From Promethearchaeia archaeon (GTDB lineage: Archaea; Asgardarchaeota; Lokiarchaeia; Sigyniarchaeales; SOKP01), in assembly GCA_029856145.1 (NCBI GenBank), contig JAHQWK010000016.1, forward strand, positions 1 to 64,000: a stretch of 64,000 nt of DNA. Reading direction: 5' to 3'. Position 1 is the stretch's first letter, and each line of letters starts with the position of its first letter. The translations under genes and the position numbers were made by a program. The notes under the pieces are model-generated. The model had not been told where the DNA came from. It did no database searches and worked only from the letters and a program-made list of their open reading frames with translations. Shown here one piece after another: positions 1 through 11,600 of the stretch.

Positions 1-90
1 AAAGCATCCACTATTTACCTGTAAAAACTTTATAAGAATTAATTCTAGTTATATTTAAACAAAAAAAGATATTCAAATACTTAGTTTTAC

Positions 91-429
91 ATGTCTATCA
101 TGTTAGATAGAACTACGAATAAAGAAAATGTTAGGCCAATTAAACTTGTCGAAGGAGTTTTTCGGAAAATCTTAACTTATAATGAATCAGTTATGTTATG
201 CCATTTTTTACTCGAAAAAGATGCTAAAATTCCAATACATAATCATAAGGAACACCAAATTGGGTATGTAATTAATGGTAAAATCAAATTTTTAACAGAA
301 AGTGGTGCTTTTATTGCTAAAAAAGGAGATAGTTATGTTTTTGATTCTAATGAAAAACATTGGGCTTTAATAATTGAAAAAGCAGAAGTTATTGAAGTCT
401 TTCATCCTTCTAGAGACGACTATAAATAA
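91..429 (+). CDS. Cupin domain protein
   Basis: PIHNHKEHQIGYVINGKIKF and GDSY...H cupin metal motifs. Confidence 0.85.
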   Translation: MSIMLDRTTNKENVRPIKLVEGVFRKILTYNESVMLCHFLLEKDAKIPIHNHKEHQIGYVINGKIKFLTESGAFIAKKGDSYVFDSNEKHWALIIEKAEVIEVFHPSRDDYK

Positions 430-470
430 TAATAAAATTTTTTTCTTTTTTATTTAAGATATGGAAAAAT

Positions 471-824
471 TTACCATTGATATGCCGCAATTGTAAAGAC
501 TGCTAGCATACAAAAGATAAATTCTCCTAATAACCAATCGAGAAAATATTGTTTTTTCTTATCTCGATTATTTTTTATCTTTGAAGCTAAAGCAAAACTG
601 ATTGCTGAGTTTGTACCAGTAAAAATTATAATAGTGAATTCCACAGCATCCAGCTCTAAATTAATAATATTTAAAATGTTATCTAAGATTAGCCAACCAA
701 CCAAAAATCCTAGAAGCCCCAATAAAAACAACCAGCCTGAAAACTGAACAATTTTTGTAAATTTTATATCTAATTCTGAAATAGCTGAAGAGCTGACAAC
801 TGGTTTTTTCTTAATTTTTGACAT
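471..824 (-). CDS. Small membrane protein (3 TM)
   Basis: Three hydrophobic segments in a 117-aa ORF. Confidence 0.7.
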   Translation of the reverse strand: MSKIKKKPVVSSSAISELDIKFTKIVQFSGWLFLLGLLGFLVGWLILDNILNIINLELDAVEFTIIIFTGTNSAISFALASKIKNNRDKKKQYFLDWLLGEFIFCMLAVFTIAAYQW

Positions 825-903
825 TTAAAATCAAAATGTATGCTTTTTGAATATTAAAAATTTTATAATTCTTAATCTTTATGATTTAAATTATTCTTTC
901 ATA

Positions 904-1383
904 TTAAGGTCTGTTTTTTAAATATAAAATAGCCTTAGCAATATCTCCATTACATTCTTTTAAAACTGTCTCTGCTTCTTGCTTATCTACGTTTGCCTGC
1001 GTAGCAACTAGCATAATATCATTTTCTGTTATAGTTGGCTTTACTTCAGATTCTCCTAAAGGCTCAATTTCTTCATAAGTTTCTCCACTTTCAATTATTA
1101 AACTTTCAGGAGAAACCTCTTCACTTTGTCCAATCACTTGATATATTTCTTGACCTGCTTGTTTCATAAGAAAAACCTCGGGTTGATCGATTACCAACGT
1201 TTTTTCTGCTCCCTCTATAATAACTCTTGTGGCATCAATTTGGTCCATATCTATGCCTTGCTGTGACATTCTTCTTCGCATTTGTCTTGATCCAAATTGT
1301 TGTCCCTCTCGCTTTACAACTGGTTGGGGGCGTTTGGGTTTACTCTTTTCTTTATTTTGCATTTCTTTTGGTAATTTTACCAA
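904..1383 (-). CDS. nac: Nascent polypeptide-associated complex protein (archaeal NAC)
   Basis: RQMRRRMSQQGIDM...RVIIEG NAC domain; C-terminal UBA-like DIMLVATQANV...GDIAKAIL. Confidence 0.9.
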   Translation of the reverse strand: MVKLPKEMQNKEKSKPKRPQPVVKREGQQFGSRQMRRRMSQQGIDMDQIDATRVIIEGAEKTLVIDQPEVFLMKQAGQEIYQVIGQSEEVSPESLIIESGETYEEIEPLGESEVKPTITENDIMLVATQANVDKQEAETVLKECNGDIAKAILYLKNRP

Positions 1384-1435
1384 TTTTTATCACTTTAAAT
1401 TAGGTTATATCTTAATTTATATAATAATCCGAGAT

Positions 1436-1927
1436 TTAAATTTTTGATTTATTAACCCCTTTTCTTATGTTTACTGCAACCCCTATAGAAAAAGCTTTTA
1501 CATATGAAACGGGAACTTTTAGTTTACCAATACCTAGCAGCTCATCGTCTTGATTTACTACAATTACTTCATCTAAGGGTCTTAATTCACCATCAATATC
1601 TACGACATGTTTACAAAAAGCATTTCTTCCTTTTTTAATGAACTCTGAAATTTCATTTAATACAATGACTCTTAATTTAGGAACTGAAGTTTTCTTAATT
1701 ATTTTTTTAGCTGAGAAGAGTGTTAACGTAAAAAAGCCATTTTTAGGCCTTAGTATAAGTAGTAAATTATTTTTATAATAGACATATCTGATTTTATTTG
1801 TGTTTGATGATCTTTCAAAGTAAATCTGATTAATATCATCAAAAAGGATATCAGTAATATCTTTCCCAAATTGATAATCTGAGACTGCCTTAATTTGTCT
1901 TAAGCCTATTAATAAGTTTGTTTCCAT
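1436..1927 (-). CDS. PUA-domain RNA-binding protein (archaeosine TGT C-terminal-like)
   Basis: DYQFG motif; GRNAFCKHVVDID...RPLDEVIVVN...LLGIG PUA signature. Confidence 0.8.
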   Translation of the reverse strand: METNLLIGLRQIKAVSDYQFGKDITDILFDDINQIYFERSSNTNKIRYVYYKNNLLLILRPKNGFFTLTLFSAKKIIKKTSVPKLRVIVLNEISEFIKKGRNAFCKHVVDIDGELRPLDEVIVVNQDDELLGIGKLKVPVSYVKAFSIGVAVNIRKGVNKSKI

Positions 1928-1983
1928 AGATCATGATTAAAATAATTAATTAAATTAAGAAAAGCAAGTGAAATATAAATAAA

Positions 1984-3192
1984 TTATGAGTAGAGTCGGG
2001 ATTCGAAACACTGATCTTTGACTTTATTCATTACTTTGTCTACTGCATCAAAAAAATCTTTATTAATGATCATATCAGCATCTTTTCGAATTGCAAACAT
2101 TCCCGCTTCTGTGCAAATTGCTTTGATATCAGCTCCAGTTGCTCCTTCTGTAAGTTTTACTAATTTTTTGAATTCTATTGTTTCTTCGACATTCAAATTT
2201 CTTGAATGTATTTTAAATATCGCTTCTCGAGCTTCATCATCAGGAATAGGAAATTCAATCATACGATCAAATCTCCCAGGTCTCAATAATGCAGGATCTA
2301 AAATATCCACTCTATTTGTTGCACCAATTATTTTTACATCTCCTCTTTGTTCAAATCCATCTAATTCACTTAATAATTGCATTAGAGTTCTTTGAACTTC
2401 TCTGTCTCCCGAAGTTGCTATCTTAAGTCTTTGAGAGCCAATAGCATCTAATTCATCAATAAATAAGATAGTCGGGGCTTTTCCTTTTGCTAAGTTAAAA
2501 ATTTCTCTAACTAAACGTGCACCTTCACCAATAAACTTTTGCACTAATTCAGAACCAATAATTCTTATAAATGTTGCTTCTGTTTCATGAGCAACAGCTT
2601 TTGCTAATAATGTTTTTCCTGTACCCGGTGGACCGTATAATAATACTCCTTTAGGAGGGTCAATCCCAATTCTTTTGAATAATTCTGGTTTTTTCAAAGG
2701 TAATTCTACAGTCTCTCTAACTTCTAGCATTTGTTCTTCTAAACCTCCAACATCAACATATGAAATATCCGGAATCGAATCAATTACTTCCATACCTTTT
2801 ACAAAAGGATCTAATTTAGTAGGTAAGACTTCCATAATTGCAAATGTTCTTTGATTTAATGCTACCCTCATTCCTGGATCTAACTTTTCATTTTTCACTT
2901 TTCTACTAGCATTGACAACAAAACTGGGTCCTGTTGAACTTTTTACGATAGCTCTCCCCTTTTCATCTAAAAAATCTATGATGGTGGCAGAAACTAATGG
3001 AGGTTCTCTTAATCTGTCAATTTCGTTTCTTAAACTATGTAATTCTTGTTCCAACCTTAGGCGTTCTGCGTCTAATAATTGTTTTTCTGTTTCCAAGTTT
3101 CTGAGTCGCTTCTCTAAATGTCTGGTATAGGTTATAAGATATTCTCCATCTTTTGATTCTTCTTTTTTTCGCTTCTCTTTAGTCGTAGTCAA
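1984..3192 (-). CDS. pan: Proteasome-activating nucleotidase
   Basis: N-terminal coiled coil, OB domain (PPLV), [23 protein letters not shown]-terminal HbYX (LYS). Confidence 0.97.
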   Translation of the reverse strand: MTTTKEKRKKEESKDGEYLITYTRHLEKRLRNLETEKQLLDAERLRLEQELHSLRNEIDRLREPPLVSATIIDFLDEKGRAIVKSSTGPSFVVNASRKVKNEKLDPGMRVALNQRTFAIMEVLPTKLDPFVKGMEVIDSIPDISYVDVGGLEEQMLEVRETVELPLKKPELFKRIGIDPPKGVLLYGPPGTGKTLLAKAVAHETEATFIRIIGSELVQKFIGEGARLVREIFNLAKGKAPTILFIDELDAIGSQRLKIATSGDREVQRTLMQLLSELDGFEQRGDVKIIGATNRVDILDPALLRPGRFDRMIEFPIPDDEAREAIFKIHSRNLNVEETIEFKKLVKLTEGATGADIKAICTEAGMFAIRKDADMIINKDFFDAVDKVMNKVKDQCFESRLYS

Positions 3193-3436
3193 AAAAAGTA
3201 TACCCCTTCTTCTCTAACTTTGATTTACTTTTTAAAGAAAATGATTTAATTTAATAATAAACTTTTAATCATTTAAATTTAAGGTTAGTTCTGTATTACT
3301 TCCTAAAAATGTCGATTTTTAAAAAATATATACATTATAAAATATAATGAATGTAAACCGTAAATTATAAGAGTATTTAATCAAATTCTATACATATAGA
3401 AGCTTTCTTTCAATAATTTATATTCAAGATATTTTC

Positions 3437-3970
3437 ATGCCAAAATCGCGAATTAATGAAATTGATAAGGAATGCCCTATATGTGGGAGTATTATTTGGG
3501 GTAAGGGGCAAAGAGTTTTATTAGAAGGAGCTAAAATAACTGTTTGTTATAATTGTGCTCAACATGGAATAAAAATTAATAAACCGCCTTCAAGCACGCA
3601 GATTAAAAAATCATACTCCTACGATAAAAACCATTCTCCAAAACGGCAAGTGGTAAAAAAGGATTTTGTTGATGATTTGGAGATAATCCCTGATTACGCA
3701 AAAAAAATAAGAAATAAGAGGAATTCCCTTGGACTCAATCAAGATCAATTCGCTCAGAAACTGAATGAAAAACCTTCATTACTAAGAAGAATTGAAGCTG
3801 GTAAAGCAGAACCTAATATAAAATTGGCTAAAAAAATAGAAGATGTCTACAAAATTAAAATCCTAAAGAAAACTGACGAGATTGAAGCGAATGTTCAAAA
3901 TAATCAATACATGAAAAGATCAACTGGGACTTCCCTTGGCGATATTGCCTTTATTAAAAAGAAAAAATAG
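3437..3970 (+). CDS. mbf1: Multiprotein bridging factor aMBF1
   Basis: CPICG...CYNC zinc ribbon, HTH (LNQDQFAQKLNEKPSLLRRIEAG), C-terminal TSLGD. Confidence 0.9.
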   Translation: MPKSRINEIDKECPICGSIIWGKGQRVLLEGAKITVCYNCAQHGIKINKPPSSTQIKKSYSYDKNHSPKRQVVKKDFVDDLEIIPDYAKKIRNKRNSLGLNQDQFAQKLNEKPSLLRRIEAGKAEPNIKLAKKIEDVYKIKILKKTDEIEANVQNNQYMKRSTGTSLGDIAFIKKKK

Positions 3971-3995
3971 ATTATATTACATAATTGAACCTATT

Positions 3996-6038
3996 TTAAG
4001 AGTCCAATTTTTTAATTTTAACTATAGCAGAATTATATGCTCCAGAAAATCCTAATTCTTCTGGTTTGTCAGGAACAAAATAGTTTACATTTGGACTTTC
4101 ATGTGAAGTTGAAGATAAACCAGAATATATTAATGCTGTTCTAGGCTTTAAAATTGGAGATTCTGTTAAGATGTATATGCCTGAACCATATTCATTAGAA
4201 ACATGAACTTTACCCCCTATTTCTAAATCTATTGTTTCAATATCTTCTGATGTCAAAAAAATTTTATTAAATTCATTCAAATATCTTTGATTTAATTGTC
4301 CTAATTGAGAATGTAAGAAGTATAAATGAGATGGAGAGATGAGTAAAAATTCATTTTTTTTCATATTTACTTTACGCTTCAGTTCCTTTTCTCCAAATTT
4401 AAAATGTGGACCAATCGCTTGAATTCTTTTATTTGGAGTTGGAAATTTTAAATCATTGAAAGGAACAGAATCATTGCCAAATAATAAATAATAACCTTTT
4501 GAATTCAGGTCTTCTTGAATGTTAGAAGGCAACATTCTCACACTATTTTTAAAAATTGTTTCTTCTGATTCATGGAAAATTTGTGTGTTTTCAAGACTAA
4601 TTCCCCACGCTAATTGTTGGAAGAACTCATAGTTCGATAAACAATCTTGATACGGACATGGACCTCCATTATTAATCGATAAACCTGGTATATAATAAGG
4701 AGATATTAAATCATATGATTCTAAATCAAATTTTGCAGGGATAACAATATCTGCATATTTAGTTGTTTCATTAAAAAACATATCTAATACTATTACAAAT
4801 AGATCTTCTCTCAATAATGCTCTTCTTAATAGATTTTGGTTAGGCAGTGAACTTGCGGGATTGAAATTATACACAAATAGCATCTTATATTTCCCAGAAG
4901 ATAAAAATGAACCAAGTTTGATTATAGGAATTTCAGTCATTTTCGATTCTCCTTTAATATTAGTTATATATTCTTGAAGAGGTTGAAGTAGTGGTTTTAT
5001 AAAATCACTCTGAGAATATACCACCCCAGTACCGGGTTTTCCTATATTTCCAAGTATAGTTTGAATTAATGTAATACTTTTAACTATTTTTCCACCAAAA
5101 TAATCTTTCTGAACACCATATCCGATATTGAACAAAGTTTGGTGTTTGAATTTTATTAGTAATTCAACAAAATTTTGAAATGTCTGAAGATCAATTCCAA
5201 TTTGTCTTAATAGCTTCTCTTTATCGATTTTGGCTACTTCCTGAAAAATTGTTGAGTAGGATTCGACATAACTGTTTAAAAAATCTTCATCATGAGCATG
5301 ATAGGCAATTAGTTCATTAATTGTTAATTTAACTAATAAATGTTCAGTACCCGGGAAGATATGTAGAAATAAATGAGCTTTTTGTGCAATTAATGTATGT
5401 CGAGAATCCACAACCACAAGTTTAGTTCCACTTTTTAAGGCTTTTTTTACTAAATAATAAGCATGATTATTACTCTCTGAAAGATTGCTACCCCAAATCA
5501 CAATTAATTTTGTGGAGGGATTCATTATTTGAAAAGGATTTGTAATAGAATATGTACCAAATAACTCTTTAAGTCCAGCACATCCTCCTTCATTGCAGAT
5601 CCCACCACTTGTTATTGTGGCACCTAAATTCTCAAAGAATCTTAATGGCGCATACTGTGATATTATGCCAGAATTACCCGCATAAAATGCCCCCAAAATA
5701 GACGTAGCATTATTACTTTTCTGAATTTTTTTTATTTTTACAACTATAAGATTGATTGCTTCTTTTAGAGAGATTTTTTTGAATATATTTTCAGATTTAG
5801 GTCCAGATCGGATTAATGGGGTTTTCAACCGTTCTTGATGATATACCAAATTTTCTCTTCGCTTCAATTTTGGGCAAAAAAAACCATTAGTAAATGGATG
5901 GTCCTTTGATGGAACTGCAAATAAAAATTTATGTTCTAATGCCTTATCATTCCAATATCCCTTAAAAACACATGAACCATAACAATCTTTTGAGCATGTA
6001 CCAAATCTAATTATTTCAAGAGAGTCTTTTCTTTTCAT
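3996..6038 (-). CDS. Molybdopterin-dependent oxidoreductase (DMSO reductase family)
   Basis: TCSKDCYGSC...CPK Fe-S motif, WGSN, NPA, ETTKYADIVIP. Confidence 0.88.
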   Translation of the reverse strand: MKRKDSLEIIRFGTCSKDCYGSCVFKGYWNDKALEHKFLFAVPSKDHPFTNGFFCPKLKRRENLVYHQERLKTPLIRSGPKSENIFKKISLKEAINLIVVKIKKIQKSNNATSILGAFYAGNSGIISQYAPLRFFENLGATITSGGICNEGGCAGLKELFGTYSITNPFQIMNPSTKLIVIWGSNLSESNNHAYYLVKKALKSGTKLVVVDSRHTLIAQKAHLFLHIFPGTEHLLVKLTINELIAYHAHDEDFLNSYVESYSTIFQEVAKIDKEKLLRQIGIDLQTFQNFVELLIKFKHQTLFNIGYGVQKDYFGGKIVKSITLIQTILGNIGKPGTGVVYSQSDFIKPLLQPLQEYITNIKGESKMTEIPIIKLGSFLSSGKYKMLFVYNFNPASSLPNQNLLRRALLREDLFVIVLDMFFNETTKYADIVIPAKFDLESYDLISPYYIPGLSINNGGPCPYQDCLSNYEFFQQLAWGISLENTQIFHESEETIFKNSVRMLPSNIQEDLNSKGYYLLFGNDSVPFNDLKFPTPNKRIQAIGPHFKFGEKELKRKVNMKKNEFLLISPSHLYFLHSQLGQLNQRYLNEFNKIFLTSEDIETIDLEIGGKVHVSNEYGSGIYILTESPILKPRTALIYSGLSSTSHESPNVNYFVPDKPEELGFSGAYNSAIVKIKKLDS

Positions 6039-6128
6039 GAAAATTTAGATTAAATTTTAAAATAGATAATATTCTAACTAAAAAAATCTTATTGTAATCA
6101 TGTTTTTTGATAACTACCAAGAATCTTC

Positions 6129-6719
6129 TTAATCAACTGAAATTTTTATATTTTGAATTAGAGCAATCTTATTCTTCAAAAATTCAATGATAGTTTGATT
6201 ATCTTGAGCTTCAAGGGGGTCTCCACAATCAGGACATCTAAAATTAAGCTCAAAAGCTTCATCAAAATTATATTTCTTGTTTGACTCTTGGCATTTTTCG
6301 CAAATAAAGAAATAATTGTTTTGTTCGAACTGTAATCTATCTCTTAATTTGCCATCAATCAATTTCTTTTTCTCAAGAAGAATTTCTTCCAGCAAATCAA
6401 ATTCATGCCACCAGTAATAGATAAACCATCCTGTAGATTTATCTCTAATACGCCTAAATTGAGCAAGTTTTTCAGAATATAATTTATAAAGTGTTTTGCG
6501 AACTGTATTCAACTTTAAGATTTCAGAATCATCAGGTTCGAAGTCAATGTCTGTACCTTCAATACTTTCTTTTATGTTTTCAGTTATATCTTCATCAGTT
6601 ATATCTTCAGATTTAGATTTTAAAAGTTCCATCCCAACATATATTGCGATTTCACCGCCAACAATATATAAAAAAGATCGTAAGAAAGGATTCAATTCTT
6701 TAATATGACTTTGCCTCAT
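6129..6719 (-). CDS. tfe: Transcription factor E (TFE alpha)
   Basis: KLNTVRKTLYKL, TGWFIYYW, C-terminal zinc ribbon FRCPDCG. Confidence 0.93.
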   Translation of the reverse strand: MRQSHIKELNPFLRSFLYIVGGEIAIYVGMELLKSKSEDITDEDITENIKESIEGTDIDFEPDDSEILKLNTVRKTLYKLYSEKLAQFRRIRDKSTGWFIYYWWHEFDLLEEILLEKKKLIDGKLRDRLQFEQNNYFFICEKCQESNKKYNFDEAFELNFRCPDCGDPLEAQDNQTIIEFLKNKIALIQNIKISVD

Positions 6720-6809
6720 TCACTTTATAATTTTAACTTTAATAGATATATCTTTGATAAAAATTAAATTTATTTGAAAATTCCCCTTAGAAAAATTTGA
6801 TTTTAATCC

Positions 6810-7592
6810 TTAAACGACAATCGAATACTGTTTTTCTATAATTTCACCATCAATATCAAGGCTACGAAGCATTTTGCCTTTTCTTATTGCCATTATTCTT
6901 AACAACCTTGAATTTGAAACATTCTTAGGGATTTCAATGTCCGTTATTTTATAATTATTAAAAATAATGATTGATTTCCAGTTTTTTGGGAGGTCAGATT
7001 TAAAATCATATAACGCATTTTCTATTAGATTATTGAGATTTTTCTCTGTTTTACTAAGATATCCAGTACAAAAGTGAATTCTTTTATTTACATCATCTTC
7101 TTCTGCTTTCTTTTTAGAGGGTTGTGGTATTTTTTTTTTGGTAGTTACCTTACAAGTTGGATTTAAATTGAATGATAGTAGAAAATAACTATTTTCCCGA
7201 AATGCTTCAATACTCTGCAATATAGAATCTCGATTTGCTGTATCAATAATCTCCGCCTTGAAATTTTTTGTTTGACCTGTAGATTGTTTAAGATCCCAAT
7301 TAAATCCTAAATTAATTATTATATCATTAATATTTGCTCCACTGATTAATCTTCCTTTAATTTCAAATTTTTCATTTGGATCTGAAATCCCACTCACTAC
7401 TACCTCATGAATCAAATCCTCATATTCATGGCTACCTTTTAGTGTTAATTTAGCTTTTGTTTGGGTTATTTTCAAAGCAGGTCCTATAAAATCTCCTCTT
7501 GAATATCTATAAAAGTGCCGATGAATATTCTTATGATTATTGGCTGGATCATCCAGAATTGGGGTTTCAATAATTTTTCTTAGAAAATGCAT
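6810..7592 (-). CDS. Conserved hypothetical protein
   Basis: 260-aa ORF with normal composition; no recognised motif. Confidence 0.65.
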   Translation of the reverse strand: MHFLRKIIETPILDDPANNHKNIHRHFYRYSRGDFIGPALKITQTKAKLTLKGSHEYEDLIHEVVVSGISDPNEKFEIKGRLISGANINDIIINLGFNWDLKQSTGQTKNFKAEIIDTANRDSILQSIEAFRENSYFLLSFNLNPTCKVTTKKKIPQPSKKKAEEDDVNKRIHFCTGYLSKTEKNLNNLIENALYDFKSDLPKNWKSIIIFNNYKITDIEIPKNVSNSRLLRIMAIRKGKMLRSLDIDGEIIEKQYSIVV

Positions 7593-7747
7593 CTCATTTA
7601 TCCATTTAATTTTCTTTAAATTTAATTCTAATTTTATTTATTAAATATCAAAAGATTATAATTATAAATTTTATTCATTAATAAAATTAAAAAAAAATAA
7701 AACATATTTAAAAATATAGATTATAAAAAAAATTTTATTAACGTAAT

Positions 7748-7948
7748 ATGGCTGATATTCCATCTCTAACTATCTGGGTTTTAGCGTGGTTTTTTCTGAT
7801 TATAGGATTAATTTCATTAACAGTTTTAGTCTTATACACTAAGTATGGGAGAGAAATATCAATTAAACTATCGATCCTTAGTGGTGTAATTTCTGCTATA
7901 TTTTTAGCATTTGCTCTTCACTTTTTATTGCTCTCTTGGGGATTATAA
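7748..7948 (+). CDS. Small two-TM membrane protein
   Basis: ATG start, two hydrophobic helices. Confidence 0.65.
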   Translation: MADIPSLTIWVLAWFFLIIGLISLTVLVLYTKYGREISIKLSILSGVISAIFLAFALHFLLLSWGL

Positions 7949-8128
7949 GCTGTAAAATCAAAAGTATTTCTTTTGAATATCTATTTTTTCATTAATTAAA
8001 GGATTTGTAGTTTTAATTCTTAATTTTTCTCTATTATAACTTGTTATGTTAATATTTAAAAAAGAAGAAAAGTTTTCCTCTAATAACTAAAATTTCTTCA
8101 AATTAATATAAAAAAAAGGTTATTTCAA

Positions 8129-8533
8129 ATGGATGCTACTCTTTGGTTTATACTGTGGCTTATCTTAGCGACGATAATTGTAACATTGATTCTATATATT
8201 GCTGTTTTAGTTATCGTGTCAAAGACTAAAGCCTCAGACAAAAAGTTTTTAATTATATTATTGGCTTTCATATGTGTACTTGTAATTCCAATAGTTTTAG
8301 GTGCAATTAGTACGGTATTCGCAATCTTTAATGAAATCCCATGGAGTGATGGAAATTATTTAACACTTTTAATTCCAATTATTGGCTTTCTAATAATATT
8401 GATTCTTGTAAAATTTCTATTAGATGTTGCTTGGGACAATTCTGTATGGATATCCTTATTAACGTTGTTTATTTTATTCCTTCTGTACACTTTAATACCT
8501 GGACTCGCTAGTTTCCTTGGATTTACGTTATAA
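8129..8533 (+). CDS. Membrane protein (4 TM)
   Basis: Highly hydrophobic 134-aa ORF. Confidence 0.7.
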   Translation: MDATLWFILWLILATIIVTLILYIAVLVIVSKTKASDKKFLIILLAFICVLVIPIVLGAISTVFAIFNEIPWSDGNYLTLLIPIIGFLIILILVKFLLDVAWDNSVWISLLTLFILFLLYTLIPGLASFLGFTL

Positions 8534-8682
8534 TTAGCAAAATAATTGACTTAAAAATTAATTTTTATTTTTTTCTTAAACTTGTTTGATTAATATAAAA
8601 TTTTAAGATAAATAGAGAATTTTCTAAGCAATAAAACAAGTACAGAGAGAGTAAAAAAATACAAAAAAAGAAATTTGTTGCT

Positions 8683-11600
8683 TTAAATTTTTTCTTTAAG
8701 TTTTAAACGAGGTGCTAACCCTAAACTCATCATTTCTTGTAATAGCAATTTAAAAGCATAAGAACAAACCACCTTAGAAATAATAGTTCCCTCTCCACAA
8801 ACTGGGCAATATCGTTTATCTCTGTTTCTGTCATAAACAGCTAGAAGTCCACATTTTTCACATACTAATATTACTGTTCGATCAGATTCATCTAAAAGAC
8901 GTTCTTTTAATAATAACGCTGACCCATGTCCAACTAAACAATCCCTCTCCATTTCTCCAAATCTTAAACCTCCCTCACGAGCACGACCTTCTGTAGGTTG
9001 CCTTGTTAAGATCTGTACTGGACCCCTTGCTCTGGCATGAAGTTTATCTGCAACTAAGTGATATAATTTTTGGTAATAAATTGGAGCACAATAAATTCCC
9101 GCTTCATATTTCTCACCAGTAATTCCATTATACATTACTTCTCTTCCATTAAATTCAAAACCCGAAGCTACCAATTGCTCCTGAAGCTTTGTAATATCAG
9201 TCCATTCGAAAGCAGTTGCATCTCCTAATTTTCCTGTCGTACAAGCAATTTTTCCACTGATACCTTCAAAGAGCTGTCCTAAGGTCATTCTTGAAGGCAT
9301 TGCATGTGGATTTACAATGATATCTGGAATTACTCCAGAAGCGGTATAAGGCATATCTGCTTGTTCAACAATTAACCCTAATACCCCCTTTTGACCATGC
9401 CGGGAAGAAAATTTATCTCCTAATTCTGGAATTCTTAAATCTCTAACTTTTATTTTAACTAACTTATTTCCATCAACAGTTTCTGAAATAATTACAGTAT
9501 CAACTATTCCTTTTTCATTATGACGCATATTTTTTGAAGTTTCACGTCTATTTGGTTGCATAAGTTCAAATTCTTCGTATGATTTTATAAATCTAGGCGG
9601 AGATGTTCTTCCTATAAGGACATCTCCTCCATTAACTTGTGTCTCTGGTTCTATAATTCCATCAACTTCGGATAATAATCTATAGGATTCAGCAGATTTG
9701 AATCCTCTTACACCCCTTTCTGGAATCTCAAATTTATCAACCTCTCCACCCGGATACTTTCTTTCTTCAGCATCATATGTCCTAAAAAAATGACTCCGTG
9801 CAAGACCCCTCTCGATTGATGCCTTATTGATGATAATTGCATCTTCTATGTTAAAACCTTCGAAACTCATCATTCCGATGATAAAATTTTGACCCGCGGG
9901 TCTTTTATTTATCCCTATTATCTCCATTGGACTAGTTTTTACTAAGGCCTGTTGAGGATAATGTAAGGTATGTCCTCGAGTGTCTAATCTCAAATGCATA
10001 TTTGCAGCAAATAAACCTAATGCTTGCTTTACCATCCCCGCTTCATAAGTATTTCTAGGAGATTGGTTGTGTTCTGGAAACGGAATAATAGAAGCGCAAA
10101 TTCCCAAAATTGCTGCCGGTGATGTCTCTAAATGAGTATGTTCAGGGCTAATATCTTCTTCGAACATCGCTATATAAGCGTTTTCTTCTTCTTCAGCATC
10201 TAAATATTCAATAACACCCTTTTGAACTAAATCTGACCAAATAAATTTGTTTTGTTTTAATTTTTCAATATCTTCTTTTGAAACAAGTAAGTTCTTATTC
10301 TTTAAAACAAATAAAGGTCTAGTAGCCCTTCCTGCATCACAATTAATTTGAATTTCATTTGAATCATGATAATATCCAATATTTACATGTTGCCCAATCT
10401 CTCCTTTTCTTCGTTTTTCTCTTAATTGGCGTATAAACGGATTATGTTGTTGATGTATACCTACTAATTTTCCGTTTAGAAAAACTTTCACCTTATCTCC
10501 TTTTACATTCTTAACTTCATTTATAGGAATAACCCCTAAATCGATTAAAATGTTTTCAATAATTCGCTCATCAGTTCCAACAGATATTATTGATGCTAAT
10601 CCAAGATTCTTAACCAAACCACAATTAGGACCTTCAGGAGTTTCTGCTGGACAAATTTTACCCCATTGAGTTGGATGTAAATCTCTAGCTTCAAAATGAG
10701 GTTGACTACGACTTAATGGTGATATTACTCTTCTTAAATGGCTTAAAGTCCCGACGTGATTAGTTCTATTTAAAAGTTGGCTAACGCCCGCTTTTCCGCC
10801 AACCCAATTTCCTGTAGCTAATGCATGTCTAATTCTCTCTGTTATTACATCTGCCCTTACTGCAGTTTTAATATTCGGAGCTCTTCCTCTAACAGCAGTT
10901 CTTTCTAATTGATATTTAATATCTTTAACAAGATTTAAAAAGGCTACTCTAAACAAAGAAGTAAATAATTCTCCCGCTAATTTTAATCTTTTATTTGCAT
11001 AATGATCTTTATCATCTGGCTCTCTTAATCCTAAAGCAAGTTCCATTACTTTTTGTGCCATCTGTCCTAAATAATAAGCTTTTTTAATTCTATCTTCTTC
11101 CGCATTTCCGATATGAGGTAAAAGATATCTGTCGAGAACTTGAAGAGCCCTTCTAATACGATAATCTTTCGTTTGTCCAATTGCTACTCTTTTTCCTATA
11201 TAATCAAGTGCATTTTGTTGAGATTTCTCGGGATCCTTTAACACTTGGATTTCAGATGCTACATCTATTACAGGAATTAATTCTTTCTGGATTTCATCAT
11301 TTTCCGATATTGCCTCAAAAATCTCTCTATCTGAATGTAATCCTAAAGCTCTCATAAGAATTGCTAAAGGAATTTTACCTGGAACTGAAGGAAATGAAAC
11401 TCGTAAATTACCATCTTTTTTCCTTTCAATTGTTACCGGTGCACGGAATCCACTTCTTGTTGAAAAGACTTTCGCTTGATGAGTTGCACTAGAACTTCTA
11501 CTGGCTTCTTCAGCAAGAATTCTATTAGGCGCTAAGTCTTCTTGTGTAACGAGAACTCGCTCAGTTCCGTTTATTATAAAATAACCACCTGGATCTAATG

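Noticed and set aside
6515-6580. Acidic insertion in the TFE winged helix as an intron
   Set aside because: No hairpin/BHB; reads as ordinary coding sequence
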